Assembly: GCF_964355755.1 (NCBI RefSeq)
Contig: NC_092675.1
Span: 7,063,812 to 7,127,811 of the forward strand
DNA: 64,000 nucleotides
Reading direction: 5' to 3'
Source: Antedon mediterranea
Lineage: Eukaryota > Animalia > Echinodermata
In this document: positions 1 through 17,017 of the stretch, in pieces
How the letters are laid out: each line of letters begins with the position of its first letter
Position numbering within the stretch: the first letter of the stretch is position 1
Notes under the pieces: generated by a model
Databases searched by the model: none
What the model was told of the DNA's origin: nothing
What the model saw: the letters and a program-made list of their open reading frames with translations, nothing else
Made by a program: the position numbers and the translations under genes

Positions 1-443
1 TCAATGACCAATGGTGTTTCAATGTCCGTCACTTTACCATACCACCCAAAATATCATAAAAAACATGGTCACAGTGCGTCAAAATGGGTGCGTCATGGTC
101 ACCTAAAGGTAAGTCACATTATTGACGCATGGGTGCGTCATGGTATTCATAAGGTATGACGCACATCGGACAAATGACGCACCTCTCCCGGGGGTCGTAT
201 AGTAGGTCATACAATTGTGCATTAGAATAAACTATGTCAATCTATTTCAAATGAACTACAGGTCGTCAACTGACCCTTTTGGGATATCCCTTTATATTTT
301 TTAATTTTAGGTGCAAAACAGTGTGTTATTATTATTACATTACTGTAGTATGAATGTCCATTGATACTTAGAATTATCACCCATTTTTGCAATTAAAATG
401 TGTCATCATTTCTTCATATTCATCTGATTTGTAAATGTAATTA

Positions 444-1590
444 AAAATGGATCTGGTTTTGAATATCCATGAGGTAGCAGTTATTTTTTAAAAACCAAAA
501 ATTAAATGGGTTTTAAAAAATAACAACTTATGTTATTTCAACATTAATATAAAGAATAATTTTTTTGTTGTTGCAGAAACAATTGGAAAATTGGATGAAA
601 AGGCAAAGCCTATTTTGAACCTACAAGAGTAAACTGGTAGTGATACAGTAGCCATTTTACATGTGCCTACACACATTATACTCTTGTGTAGAGAGAGGCT
701 ATTTATTCAGATGAATTGTCTCAGTAGTTTTATTATCATATTATTTATTATTTTAATTAATGAGGTATAATATTCATTAAAGGATATTATTAGAAAAAAT
801 ACTGACCTACTGTAGTACTACTGTAAATCATTTCTAAACCAATTGTCATCATAAAATCCATAAAATGGATCTGGTTTTGAATATCCGTGAGGTAGCAGTT
901 ATTTTTTATGAACCAAAAATAAAATGGGTTTTAAAAAATAACAACTAACTTATGTAAATTTAATCTTTGTATAAAAATCAAATTAAAAATATTTTCCCAT
1001 TTACAGTACCTACCTGTCTGTAGAGGGCTTCATAGCCAGTCAAGTTGCTGCCAGCAACCTATAAATTAAAAAAAAAGATGCATTTAATAAATGGCAAAAA
1101 AAGAATTTAGTTCTGTACTGTACATCATCACATACTGTATATCTGTACTTTTCATTTTCTAAAACCAACATTATACAAATTGTGGATATTGTTGAAAGTT
1201 TTATGCATGATTTTTCACTCTTTGAACACAAAGGTGCACAGTTTTTTTAAAATAATATTTCAACATTAATATAAAGAATACTTTTTTGTTGTTGCAGAAA
1301 CAATTGGAAAATTGGATGAAAAGGCAAAGCCTATTTTGAACCTACAAGAGTAAACTGGTAGTGATACAGTAGCCATTTTGCATGTGCCTACACACATTAT
1401 ACTCTTGTGTAGAGAGGCTATTTATTCAGATGAATTGTCTATTATCATACTATTTATTATTTTAATTAAAGAGGTATAATATTCATTAAAGGATATTAGA
1501 AAAAATACTGACCTACTGTAGTACTAAACATTTCTTTTGACTGAATAATATGTCATTTCTAAACCAATTGTCATCATAAAATCCATAAAA
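444..1590. repeat. Local direct duplication (about 444-870 repeated at about 862-945 and 1255-1590)
   Basis: Near-identical blocks, e.g. aaaatggatctggttttgaatatcc at 445 and 863, and gttgttgcagaaacaattggaaaattggatgaaaaggc at about 568 and 1288. Confidence 0.85.
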
Positions 1591-3005
1591 TGATAAAAAA
1601 AAAAAAGTTTGGTCCAACATTCAGGTGGGGAGATGATGCTAAACAAGGTTTTTTTATGTGGCCTTTCTGAAAATTCCCTCTAGGCTATTCTTTGTTTCAT
1701 AAAGGTTGTAAACGTCATTTCAGGATTGCATTGCCACACACTATTTCCTTGTTTTACTTTCATTATTATTTAAACTTTTGCACACAAACAATTAACAGGT
1801 ATCAGTCAGTTGTTATTACTTTCTTCTGTTTTTTAAATTGAAATTTACATTCACATATTTCAGACCGTGTCTTTTAAGGCGAACGAGTGCGATCACTCAC
1901 CTAACACACTCCTAAACTGCCCTTGAGGAGTGCGTTTTACAACACATTTAAATTTGGTAAACTTCTACACACTATACAAACAGCACACCTAGAGTACAGT
2001 ATCCCTGAATGTATTGAGGAGTGCAATTTGTAGCACACCTATAAATTTCAAAAGACAAGGCCTGATGTTCATAAAAACCTTCTTCTATTTTTACGGGCAA
2101 ATCATTTGATAGGTTTAATGAAAACAGGCATATAAAGTGGAAAATGCATGTTTTGCTATATTATTATTATTCTGAATAATTACAAAATTATAAAATGTAA
2201 TTTATTGCTGTCCGATTTTAGTTAAATAATATTTTTTAATTTTTGTCGAAATCTAACAATTTAACAAAACAGTGAAAATTTAAAATGGCTAATTTATGAA
2301 AGAATTTTTATAAACAAAATACTGTAGGCCTATAAGGGCCTAGGCCTAGTAATGGCTATTAATATTTAATATTTATTGTATTGTAATATAAAAAATGTTA
2401 AAAATAATTTCATACTGTAATCATTAATACACACAGACTGTTGTGTGAAAGGACTAGTAGGCCTAGGCCTTGCCTAGCTGTGAATGAGATGAGAGATTAA
2501 GATCGAGTGCAAAAAAAGAAATTATCATCAATAATCATTCATTATGATGATATAATGATCAATTGTCATCAACAAAACAACAGTCATTAATTATCTGATT
2601 TAGATTATCATCAGCATGAAATTATAAATATGCAGGCCTAAATGGCAACAAAGAACCGAACGAGTTTAAAATAGCTTTTTGTTGTTTATCAGTCACCAAA
2701 CGATACAACAAATACCAAATGTTGCATAATAGGGTAAGTCTAGGCTAGGCCCCATGACACCAATAATCTATGAGACGAATGTTCCAAAGTAGACAGGTTG
2801 TGGGCGTTGTTTACTCCCTGGAAAGTTGCAGCACTTTATTGTTTGAGCCTAAATTGATTCATTTCTGTAGCCTAATTATACCTCTAAACGCAAACAAAAG
2901 CGGTTTACATATTTAATAACATAACTCTGTATTCGACAAAACTATTGTTTATTATATAAAATCAATATTGGCGAATTAAAATGAGTTTAAATAAACAATA
3001 CTTGC

Positions 3006-3032
3006 CTGGGTGACATTCGGAAAGGCTGCCAT
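3006..3032 (-). CDS. Putative first coding exon (MAAFPNVTQ) of a divergent gene continuing leftward, with a GC donor
   Basis: Minus strand reads CTAAAATGGCAGCC (strong start context, YY1-like) ...ACCCAG|GCAAGTA, a consensus GC-AG donor. It lies about 210 bp from the GST ATG. No downstream exons were recognised. Confidence 0.4.
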
Positions 3033-3244
3033 TTTAGAATAAATTTGATGAGCTGAACAACGCCCCCTATATATGTGAAACCACACCATACCATTGTGCA
3101 GACTTAGCGCAGCTGGTCGACGCTTAGCTCCAATCGAAAGACTCCACCCACCGGTACTTTTGCAGGGCTAAGCTACCTAGCTAGGCTAGTGTCAACGTGT
3201 AAAGTGGAGTTCTGATTTACAAGCTTTAATTTAAAAGTATAGCC

Positions 3245-6200
3245 ATGGCATTTTCTTTTGGCCAGGTTTTTATCGTATTTGTGGCTGCAGTATGTACCAT
3301 ATATTATACAGGACAAGCACCAAAATTTATGAAGTATGTTTTTATAATAATAATTGTGATTAATAATTATTATTATATAGGCCTATTCTATCTAGAGTAC
3401 CTGTTAATTCTAACTAAAGATTTTATGTACTATTTAATTTAATTGTTTTGTACACTAGAATTTAGGCCTATAAAAATTGTTTTATATTTATGTATATAGT
3501 TACGTGATAATAATTATCAAAATATGGTCTATAATCAATATATCTATATAAATATATCAATTATTTTATTATTTTTATTTTAGCCAGAGCAACAAAATAC
3601 TCCCTTAAATATTGTGTGCAATTTGTCATTGCAATTATAATATTGCTCTCTCTCTCTCTCTTGCGAGAAGCTCCCTCAGCCGAATTAATATGCCTACAAC
3701 AAAATACCATGCAACGTCCGGGCCTATTTATATATTCTTTTCAGGGAGTGAATTGCTGTAATAGGATAACTGTACCAATATTGACTGCTTAATAATACTA
3801 ATATGCAGTCAAATTGATTGGATTTTCTCCTTTTTAAAAAGAATTAAGTTGAATAATGATGCCCAAACTCATTCTTAAATCTGTAAATTATAGTAAAACT
3901 TCTAGCCATTTGACCACCAAATAAAAGTTAAAAAAAAGACTTTTAATTATTAATTATTTTGCCTATACTACTTTATTATTTTATTCAATAAGCCATACTT
4001 ATTTTTCCAGAAATGAATACCAATTGTTTCTTATTCTCCAATTTTTATTTGCCCTATACAATTTTTTTCTAATTTTTTATTCGACTTCTCACTAACTCAG
4101 TTAGTGAAGGATCTGGACCAACAGGTGGTAAACACCTCTAAAACGGTCCAGTCCCAATTTGCACAGTGGCTGTGTTTGTGTGGACTAGTACACCGGGGTA
4201 ATATGGAACGCCTCCTCTGCCTTCAGTTCACAATGGTCATGCAGTACACACCAATCGTCATGCAGTACACACCAATGGTCATGCAGTACACACCAATGGT
4301 CATGCAGTACACACCAATGGTCATGCAGTACACACCAATGGTCATGCAGTACACACCAATCGTCGTTCACATTTATCATGCAGTACACACCAATGGTCAT
4401 GCAGTACACACCAATCGTCATTCAGTACACACCAAACATCATGCAGTACACACCAATCGTCATTCAGTACACACCAAACATCATGCAGTACACACCAATC
4501 GTCATGCAGTACACACCAAACATCATGCAGTACACACCAATGGTCATGCAGTACACACCAATGGTCATGCAGTACACACCAATTGTCATGCAGTACACAC
4601 CAATCGTCATGCAGTACACACCAATCGTCATGCAGTGAAATATTGCGTAATTTATACCGCCACCTATCGACAAAATCGAATATCACGTGACGTTTATTAG
4701 ACGGCTGTAAAACTAGGCCATTCGCGACTCTAACATTTCTTTTATGTTTGACATACTGTATTTATTTTAACCGCTACACATCTCTGTGAATGCTCTGTTT
4801 TTTTATATATACAATAATTTATTATGCGAGACACAGGCGCGGCTAGGAGGCCATTGCAATTATTGAATTCCATAAAAGAAGTTTAAATAGTCTTAGTTTT
4901 ACAGCCGTCTAATAAACCTCACGTGATATTCGATTTTGTCGATAGGTGGCGGTATAAATTACGCAATATTTGACTGCATGACGATTGGTGTGTACTGCAT
5001 GACGATTGGTGTGTACTGCATGACAATTGGTGTGTACTGCATGATGTTTGGTGTGTACTGCATGACAATTGGTGTGTACTGCATGACGATCGGTGTGTAC
5101 TGCATGATAAATGTGAACGACGATTGGTGTGTACTGCATGACGATTGGTGTGTACTGCATGACGATTGGTGTGTACTGCATGGTGTTTGGTGTGTACTGC
5201 ATGACGATTGGTGTGTACTGCATAACGATTGGTGTGTACTGCATGACCATTGGTGTGTACTGCATGACGATTGGTGTGTACTGCATGACGATTGGTGTGT
5301 ACTGCATGATAAATGTGAACTGAAGGCAGAGTAGGCGTTCCATAGGGTAACCCCCTACTCGTCTCGAAAGATGTACTAGGTTCTTTAAAGTGCGCATGAG
5401 CTATGTGTACACTGGACCTACGGTTTATAGTCCTTATCCGAGAAGACTCGTTCTACCACCAGAACCATGGAACGAGTGAGCCTCGAACCCTTGCCGATGT
5501 TATGGCTACGTAATTACGGTTCCACTGTCTTAACCGCTCGGCCACTCACTCACTAATATTGTACATAATACAACAGAATAAACAATTATTATTAACAACA
5601 CTAGAGATATTATAGTGAACTATAATATCTATAATATCTCTATGGAACAACCAACTTATAGACAGTACAGGACTATCATGGTTAGTGTTGTCTAAGTCAA
5701 TACATTTGTTTGGGAAGATGATAATCAATTGTTTTTATGGTCTTACTTTATATATTCATAAAGATATTTAATAGTGATTATCTCTATGATATACTGTATA
5801 CAACTTTTTTGACATCTTTTTCTTTATACCAAACAAAGAAGTGTGATATCCCAAATTGGCCATAGTGAACCTATCATAATAATTGGAAATTTTTATAAAA
5901 TTGTAACTCATTTGAAGAGATTTTTTAATTTACAAAATCTAAACTTTATTTACTAAGGATATGCATATTGATAGCCTACTTACCGTTAGAAGAACACGTT
6001 GTTTCACTTTGATGTCTCCCATTTGCCGGCTATTATCCGTCTGCTTACCTAAAACAGGTTTTTTGTTCAAAAGTCGTTTCATCAATGATAAAAAAAACGT
6101 ATGTTTTTCGAACGAAACGTAAAGCAATGTCGTAGATGCCTCAATGATACCGATCACAAGAGGGTACCATAGCAATTAATATTCATAAGTTAGAGGTTTA

Positions 6201-9200
6201 AAGGAAGGTCAATGTGATACGAAAAAGAGCTCTTAACTCAAGTGTTGAGCGAAGGAAGAAGGAGCGTTTAATCCATAGATCATCAAGAGAATTTATAAGG
6301 AAATGGATTTATGATTATCGGAATTAAGAGTGTCAATTGAAAGCGGAAGTGTTGAATTACTATTATTGAATATTAAACAATAAAAATGCATTATCTTTTC
6401 AAGGAAGCCATTCAAAACAAACAGAAACATTGAACATACAGTATAAATAATGTAAATTATTATTTTATTAAAAACATTAATTAAAATCACTTTTTTTTGT
6501 TTGTTTGGTATATATATTCAGGCAAATTGCCAAGGATAACCGAATTCATTCACTATCACTTTCATAAGACAAGTATATATTATACACAAAAAGCTCTACA
6601 TAAATAAAGTCAATATCACTTGAGTCTTTGGTATTCAAGCATAATCATATCTAAAACAAAGTTTAGAGTTTGACTAAAAGGGTGGGATGTTGCAGCAATG
6701 TTCCTGCCGATGGATTTCATCATGGTTTTATCTGAAACATGGTTTCAGTGTTTTCTACTACAAATAGGAATGTGTCGCAATACAATATTATGTGTACATA
6801 CATGTGGTGAGAGTGTTTATTTGAGGAAAAAAATTAAGGCCTTTGGGATGGGGAACGTTTATTCCAAATAATGGATGGGGGTGGGGGAAGGGGTTGATTT
6901 ATTCAAGGAGTTTTTTTTAATTCAAAACAGGGCATTTATTTGATTAAATACGGTAATGTCCTTAACTTCATGTGAGCTTCTGGCGACATTGTCTGCCACT
7001 AGGAGCAGCACATACTGGTCCTCTCAACCCAACCAGTAACAATGCATGCAACACACAAGATTATTTCTAAATTACAATCTAGCTAAAAACCTGATGTAAA
7101 CCATAACCTAATGTGATGTGAACTAAACTCTACATACTCAAATGGCATCAGGCCTACCCATTGACTTACTATAAATTAAACAAAAAGACAAGTAAATACT
7201 TTATGTTGACAACGTATTAATATTAAACGATACAGGCTAGGATATAAAACTAAAATAAGATGAAAGACATCTTAAACTTCTTGAAATCCACTTGTGGTTT
7301 GTTAAAACCACAATTATTTTGCATTGCAACTTTCCTATCATTCTTTTATTATGTAGGTTTCAAGCCCTACAAGGATCACTTGTACCACGCAAAAACAGAG
7401 GGTGTGTTTACATATTGTGTATATATACTCAGGCACGCTTTATATTCTGTCCAAATGCTCTCACTTGTACTGATGAATGACTAGTGTTGCCCGAAGGCTC
7501 TGCAAATTTTTTTGCTGTTTTATTTTAACATTTTGATTTAGCTTTTTGCTTATTTTATTTTGTATCTCCATTGAGATCCAGCCACTGATACCCACAGAAT
7601 TGTCATTTTTTCAGTAATTTACCTTTGGATTTATATACTATTTCTTATATACAATATTGTTTGCCATACCACAACTCAGTTGACACATCTCAACATTTTG
7701 GTGCAATAGACCTTATCTTTCTAAAACATAAAATCTCTTTTCAGACTTGCTAGTGAAATTGTAACTGGGAAGAAAGGGTGTGTTCCAGTTCGTGATATAG
7801 ACTTTGTCACAATTCATTATTTTGACGTACGTGGGCGGGCTGAAGCTATTCGACTCATGTTAGAAGAAGCTGCTATTGCATACAATGAGACAAACTTTAC
7901 CATGGACACATGGCCTGAAGCTAAAAAGAAAGGAGTAGGCAGTGGAATATATACGTTTGGACAAGGTTCGTTTTAAGCTCTGTCTAAACGTTATATATTG
8001 TGACAAACAAATCTGATGTGCCCATATATGATAGTGACATGTTCAAATATGGTATTGATATGCTCAAATATACAGTAGTAGTGATGTGACATCATCGTGT
8101 CCATATATAGGCACATCACATTTTCTTGTCACATAACTTTGATAGTGTAGACAAAACTTTAGTCCAACCAACTTTCATGTTAATAGGCCAGTCTTGCCTT
8201 TCAAAACCGAAACCATTTTTATGGAATATACATTTTAGAAAATCCATCTATTCATGATTAATTTAAATATTTAAAATGTCCAATTACCTCGTCTGTCAAA
8301 AAGAGGAGCGGTTAAATTCAAACCAGATTTATTTAGTCATCTTTCATAGCAAATTTACAGTATAAAATGATGGCCAAGAATCTTAGCACTTAAAGGATTT
8401 AAATTCTATTTTGAGAGACCCTTTTACAAAAACACAAAATTATTTAATAAATAAAAGATATATATAAATAAATATTAAAGAATTATATGAAAAGTATACC
8501 ATGGAAGAAATACAATTTCTTTTTTCAGTCAATACATGTTTATTTTTATCGTAATTTAGTTCCTGCAATCACAATGTCGGATGGTACAAGTTTGGTTCAA
8601 AGTCAATCCATCGCACAGTACATCGGGCGAGCCACGGGTATGCAATGTGACTGTGAATCACTGCATTACTGTGATGTGTTAGCAAGAGGAGCAGGTAAGG
8701 CTACTATGTTTCCCAAATTGCAATAGTCAGTGGCGAATTCAGGATTTTGAAATAGCGGGGGCCCAGGGCCTAAAAATCAATCCCTAAAAGTAGTTGGGTA
8801 CACTCAATAAAATGTTACTCCATCACTTTTATTTGATTTAGTATAGTAGTTTATTAACTTATTTCAAAATATTTACCCGTTTCCTAATACTTTGTTTTTA
8901 ATTTAGAGGACTTTCGTAGTAAGATGTCTAAGATATTGTATGATCCAGCTTTTTCTCGGGACATGAGGAATGATTACATTATGAATACAGCTCCAATGTG
9001 GTTAAACTACTTTGAAAAGCTTGCACCTTCTCTACATAAACAGGTATGTTCTTAAGCTCTGTCTACACTATCAAACTAGTTTGAACCCAAAAAGTGTGGT
9101 GTGCTCAAATATGGTATGACATCATATGGGCACATCACATTTTTTTGTCACATAAAGTTTGATTGTGTAGACAGAGCTTTATAAAAATTTATAAAGTATA

Positions 9201-9672
9201 TCTCTATAATGCTTGGTTCCCACTTGAGACGCAAGACAAGGATGTAACGCAACGTAAGTGATGGATTATTCGAACGGTTGCTCCATTGTTCAACACGTTT
9301 GCATTACGTCCTAGTGAGAACCAAGCGTTACCGTCTGTCCGTAAGGCCTTGTGAATTTAAACTGACATTATATAATAATTTTACCTCTCTTTTTCTTTTT
9401 TTTTGTAGGAAACTGCCCCATATTTTGCTGATGACCATCTGACATGGGTAGACTTCATTGTCTTTGATTTACTAGATGCAAACGTAGAGTTTGCCAAGTA
9501 CGACATGGGAGAACCCCTAATTAGCATACTTGACCCATACACCAAGCTGAGCACATTCTACAAGAAGTTTCAAGCCATGCCTCGAGTTGCCGCATACCTG
9601 AAAAGTCCACGAAGAAGGCCTTATAAAATACCTAAAACTCCACCACCTAGGGTTAAACCAGCTTCTACTTAA
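3245..9672 (+). CDS. Glutathione S-transferase (sigma/pi-like), about 281 aa, with N-terminal hydrophobic leader. Exons 3245-3333, 7745-7965, 8560-8694, 8907-9043, 9409-9672
   Basis: GT-AG introns with compatible phases. GST motifs HYFDVRGRAEAIRLML, FGQVP, QSQSIAQYIG, YFADDHLTWVDF and VAAYLKS. Confidence 0.9.
4090..5546 (-). mobile_element. tRNA-derived SINE with Deu/Nin-like central domain, interrupted by the foldback element
   Basis: Minus-strand head AGTGGCCGAGCGGTTAAGACAGTGG...GGTTCGAG (A and B boxes), then cttctcggataaggactataaaccgtaggtcc...gagtagggggttaccccggtg. Related copies at about 16417, 21070 and 40155. Left boundary approximate. Confidence 0.75.
4202..5344. mobile_element. Non-autonomous foldback DNA transposon (IS3EU-like termini) with ~450-510-bp inverted arms built of 21-bp tandem repeats
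   Basis: Termini TATGGAACGCC...GGCGTTCCATA. 6-bp direct repeat GGGTAA at 4196-4201 and 5345-5350. Arms contain (CATGCAGTACACACCAATCGT)n in opposite orientations around a ~180-bp spacer. Confidence 0.85.
7976..8158. mobile_element. PIF/Harbinger-type MITE, family A
   Basis: TIR AGCTCTGTCTACACTATCAAAC, degenerate here; TTA target duplication on both sides. Confidence 0.75.
9055..9178. mobile_element. PIF/Harbinger-type MITE, family A
   Basis: AGCTCTGTCTACAC...GTGTAGACAGAGCT flanked by TTA/TTA. Confidence 0.8.
9211..9327. mobile_element. MITE family B (short copy)
   Basis: GCTTGGTTCCCACT...AGTGAGAACCAAGC inverted termini; related to copies at 30407 and 37210. Confidence 0.7.
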
Positions 9673-10537
9673 TAAGTGATGCAACCCTGCATAAGGTCAT
9701 AAATATATAAAAGCTAAATTAATATACCCAATCTATTAGTTTTAATAAAGGAAATTACCCGTAAACTTTTAGTTACTCATCAAATGTTCTCCAAAACATT
9801 TTTGTGGTTTCCACTACGACATAGTGATGCAACATCGTATCAATACAAGGTGCTGTAAGAAATTAATCATAATAATACATAATCACAAGTGGATCGCGAA
9901 CCTTTGTTATGATAAGCAGACTCATCAGTGTTGAAAATTACCTTTTTCGTCAATGTTATGACTACATTATGTGACATACTTAATGTATGTAACCAGGCAT
10001 ATTTGGGGGAACACTACTGCTGAAATAGAATACCAAGTTTTCACTAACTCTAGCTTTTATATATTTCTACTTATGTAGGTTTATTATCACATCTCAATAT
10101 TAAATTTACACAGTACTTTTAATATTTAAAATTTGTTTTAATTTTTAAATACTACGTAATTAATTTATTTTAATTATATTGAATTTTACCATTCTCTTTC
10201 CATTGTTAACTGCATTTTCACTGCCGTGTTTAGCCAATTGGGATAGGGTTAGCAGCCCGTAACATACCCAGCGGCATAACCTCTTTGAAGGAAGCCTTGA
10301 GTACACACCTTGCAACTTTCTATTTTTCAAAGCATTTCAACTTTAACTTAAGTTCTGAACATAATTTTTTTCAGTTTTTTTTTTTGCAAACTTTTATTTT
10401 TATTTAAAGTTATACTTAAAACATTCCAGTTGTTACTTGAAGCTACTTTCTTTATATTCTTCATTACATTGTTCTTCATTTTAATTTTGTTCATTAATTT
10501 TATCCCTAGATTTGCTATTTTATTTTTAAAGACTTTA

Positions 10538-10845
10538 GTGGCATATCCAGGGTTGCTTTTATGACATCTAGGGTTGTGTATATGTGGTACATCCAGGTTT
10601 GCTTTATGTAAATGGGGGAATAACCTGCGACTTGCAGCCTACTGGGCTAAATTGCACACAGGTGTGGACAACACATACCATAACTGTCTTCTTCATCAAG
10701 GGCCCCTTCGTGTCGAGGGTTGCCACCAAACAACGCATGTTTATCTCGTAGATGTGGTGTATCGAGGGTTGCTTTATGTTGTATATCCAGGGTTGCTTAC
10801 TAACATATCCAGGGTTTCTTATGTGGCATCCAGGGTTGCACCATG
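10538..10845. repeat. Degenerate ~23-bp tandem repeat (gtggcatatccagggttgcttta), interrupted
   Basis: Repeated atccagggttgc units at 10546-10605 and 10754-10840. Confidence 0.65.
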
Positions 10846-12359
10846 CATGGAACCTACATGATGCACTGTGGCATATCAATGGACATCACCATGTAAATTT
10901 GGGATCTAAGGTGTACATTTTTATAAACCACAGACAAAAGAAATCAACCTAACCTGTCCTGTATTATTCAACGATCTGGATATGTCACTCTGACCCCCTT
11001 TTAAACAAATTTGTAGATCTGTAGAGAGTGAGGAAATTAAACAAGTGCACTTATGTAGTAATAATCAATACTTACTGAAATATATTGAAAAATATTTATG
11101 AATATTAAAACAGACAAACTATACCTTTTGATTTTTGAGTTATTTACATGGGTATTATACCAGTTCTAAAAACCAAATGCATCTATAAAAAAGTCTGTCA
11201 AAATATTCCAGCATGTCTTTAGTTCTTGGATCTGCTAAAAGCCTCATAGCTGCTGCTTAAGAACCAGTGGCAGTATTCACCATTCACACTTAGGCTATAG
11301 GAAACAAAGAATCTCCTATCTAAGTGAATACAATTTAAGGGAAATACTTAAATATTTATTGAGTTAAGTGAAATACTTAATATTTATTGATTTAAGTGAA
11401 ATATTTAAGGGAAATATCTCACTTTGTGTTATTGGTGAATAAGGCCACTGGTATATAGCGAGTTATTCCTAAAACTATCATCACATTGAAATGGTAGATA
11501 TTGATTGGTTGGCAATTTTTGGTAGTTTCCATTCAAAATCTTGATAATCCTGATTTTAAGCTGTAGTAGGCTTTAAATATTTTTCAAAAATGACAATTGC
11601 TTTTAAATATAAAAGTTCATTTATTGCACTAAAAAGTTATTAAAAACATAGAGTAAAGTACAGTAACGAAGAATTGAATTCCGATTCACCACAAAGAAAC
11701 CAACAAATATGATAAAAGTCTAAATATTGTATATGGTGGTAGAATAAAACCATGGTCCTCTTACACCATCTATTTAAAAATGTCAAATAATACATCATTA
11801 AACAAAATAAAAAACTTGTGTATGAAGTAAATAAAACAGCAACAATATATATTATTGATGGAAGAATTATTTTTGCAGTTACATAGTTAAGATGTGTTTA
11901 AGTGAAAAACTGGAAGCTTTATTTATCAAACCAGTTCTTACTATCTTAGATTAAAGAAAAACACACAAAATGATTTTCAATTTTCAATGATTTTCTAAAA
12001 TGCAAGTTTGATAAATTTCAGGCATGATCTATCCACTATGAAAATACACAATTCAAACTATTTTCTTACAATTGGAAAAATCATGTGGCAAAAATATAGT
12101 TTCAGACAAGGGATAATAAATACACTTAACTAGCCTAGCTTATGACGATTTTCTCCCCCTTTACCCCTTTGAAAATCCTGTATATAGGTCTTTATATACA
12201 CAAACAATATACAAAAAAAACCCAGTTTGTGACACAACAATAACACTTGGATACCCTTTAGTGCTTCATACATTTTAAAATATCTTTTTTTAACACAGTA
12301 GAAAAATAGATTTGTTTGAATTATAAGTTAAATCATCAAGTCACTGTGGATACTTCTAA

Positions 12360-12484
12360 AGCCCTGTCTACACTATCAAACTAGTTAGACAAAAAAGTGT
12401 GATGTGCCCAAATATGGTAGTAATTTGTCCATATGGGCACATCACATTTTTTGTCACATAAAGTTTGATAATGTAGACAGAGCT
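12360..12484. mobile_element. PIF/Harbinger-type MITE, family A
   Basis: AGCCCTGTCTACAC...TGTAGACAGAGCT with TAA/TAA target duplication. Confidence 0.8.
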
Positions 12485-13866
12485 TAAGATGTGGGAGTCT
12501 ACACATAAATATAAAGGGCCGATACATCCCCACCTTAAAAATGTAGGGGTAGTAATAACTACCCAATGTCTACGCCAGTGAATATGGAAACCAATCTTAA
12601 CATTTGAATACAGTCTTTAAATCTACTATACTATACTACTAAAAATATTTGAACATTAACTAATTACTATAAACATAAAAAATAACAATTGAGTACACCT
12701 TGTAACAATGTGCCAACTATAGGCAGCATTAATACAATGTATTGGAATGTTTATAAGTATACAACACAGTTACAATCATGTCCTAAAGAAATATACATTA
12801 ATGATAATTTGGAAAACACTAAAAACATAACTTATAATTGAAACAAATAATAAAAATTAAATCGAAAGGAAATTAATGAAAAATAACAATGGCTTCAGTG
12901 GCTGGATCTCAATGGAGATACAAATAAAATTAAAGCAAAAATATGAATTAAAACTGTTATAAGCTTTCAAAAAACACTATTTCTTTGTCATGGCCAAAAT
13001 ATTGAAAATTAAAAAAGTATCTATAAGATATACAAATTAATAAATGCTGTACTAAACGAAAAGTCATTTAATTAAAACTTCTTCTGTCGATTCTCAGTAC
13101 TGTATCTAGAACTGCACAATTTGTCTGTTATCATAGACATGTGGAACATGTGATGCCTGTATCATAGGCCCTATCCCAAACTTAACTTTCATTGATACAG
13201 AATTGTCCATATTTGTAGATAAAAAGTATCGAGAATTTATAAATTATTGCTGGTGTGGTATAATTTTGTACTAATAATATAACAAATAAAGTAAAAGTAA
13301 ATGTAAAAAGGATAAAAGATGTAATATGCAAAAATTAAGAATTGAAAAATAAAAGTTTTAGTCTCATTATTTAGCCAACTTCTTAACTATCAAAGACTTA
13401 CTTCTTAACTATCACAGACTTACTCTTTACTGTTTCACATATTTCAAAATTTTACTCTGCTACATAGCATACTTTCCTTAAAATGTTGGTAAATATAATA
13501 CATTTTCCAGTTTAAAATGATCATATTGCCACATTACAAAATATTTAAGATGTATTGTCCTCCAAACATGAAAAATAGAATCTTTAAAAGGGCCATTTTG
13601 TAGTTTTAAGAAAGTTATTCATCTAATTTGTCTTACAATGTCATTTTTAATCAAAGTGAATAGCTATGAGACATTAAAATGGTATATTTCAAAACAAATT
13701 GTAGACAAATTATTTATTCAGGGGGACAATATATCTTTAAATAGAAATGTTTATTACATATTAAAACTGCAATAAATAAAAACAATAAATATTCAGTATG
13801 TCAATAAAATCTAATAAAATTCATTTGTTAAAAAAACCTAATAAAAACACTTTATCCTGTTTGTTT

Positions 13867-17017
<3,151 letters not shown>

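Noticed and set aside
4104-5397. Multiple overlapping ORFs (MQYTPIV, HAVHTN and CVLHDDW repeats); superficially CRISPR-like array
   Set aside because: Artefacts of a 21-bp minisatellite inside an inverted-repeat transposon. There are no unique spacers and the context is eukaryotic.
5939-6780. Possible decayed LINE fragment in GST intron 1
   Set aside because: Composition is suggestive, but I could not identify diagnostic motifs with confidence.
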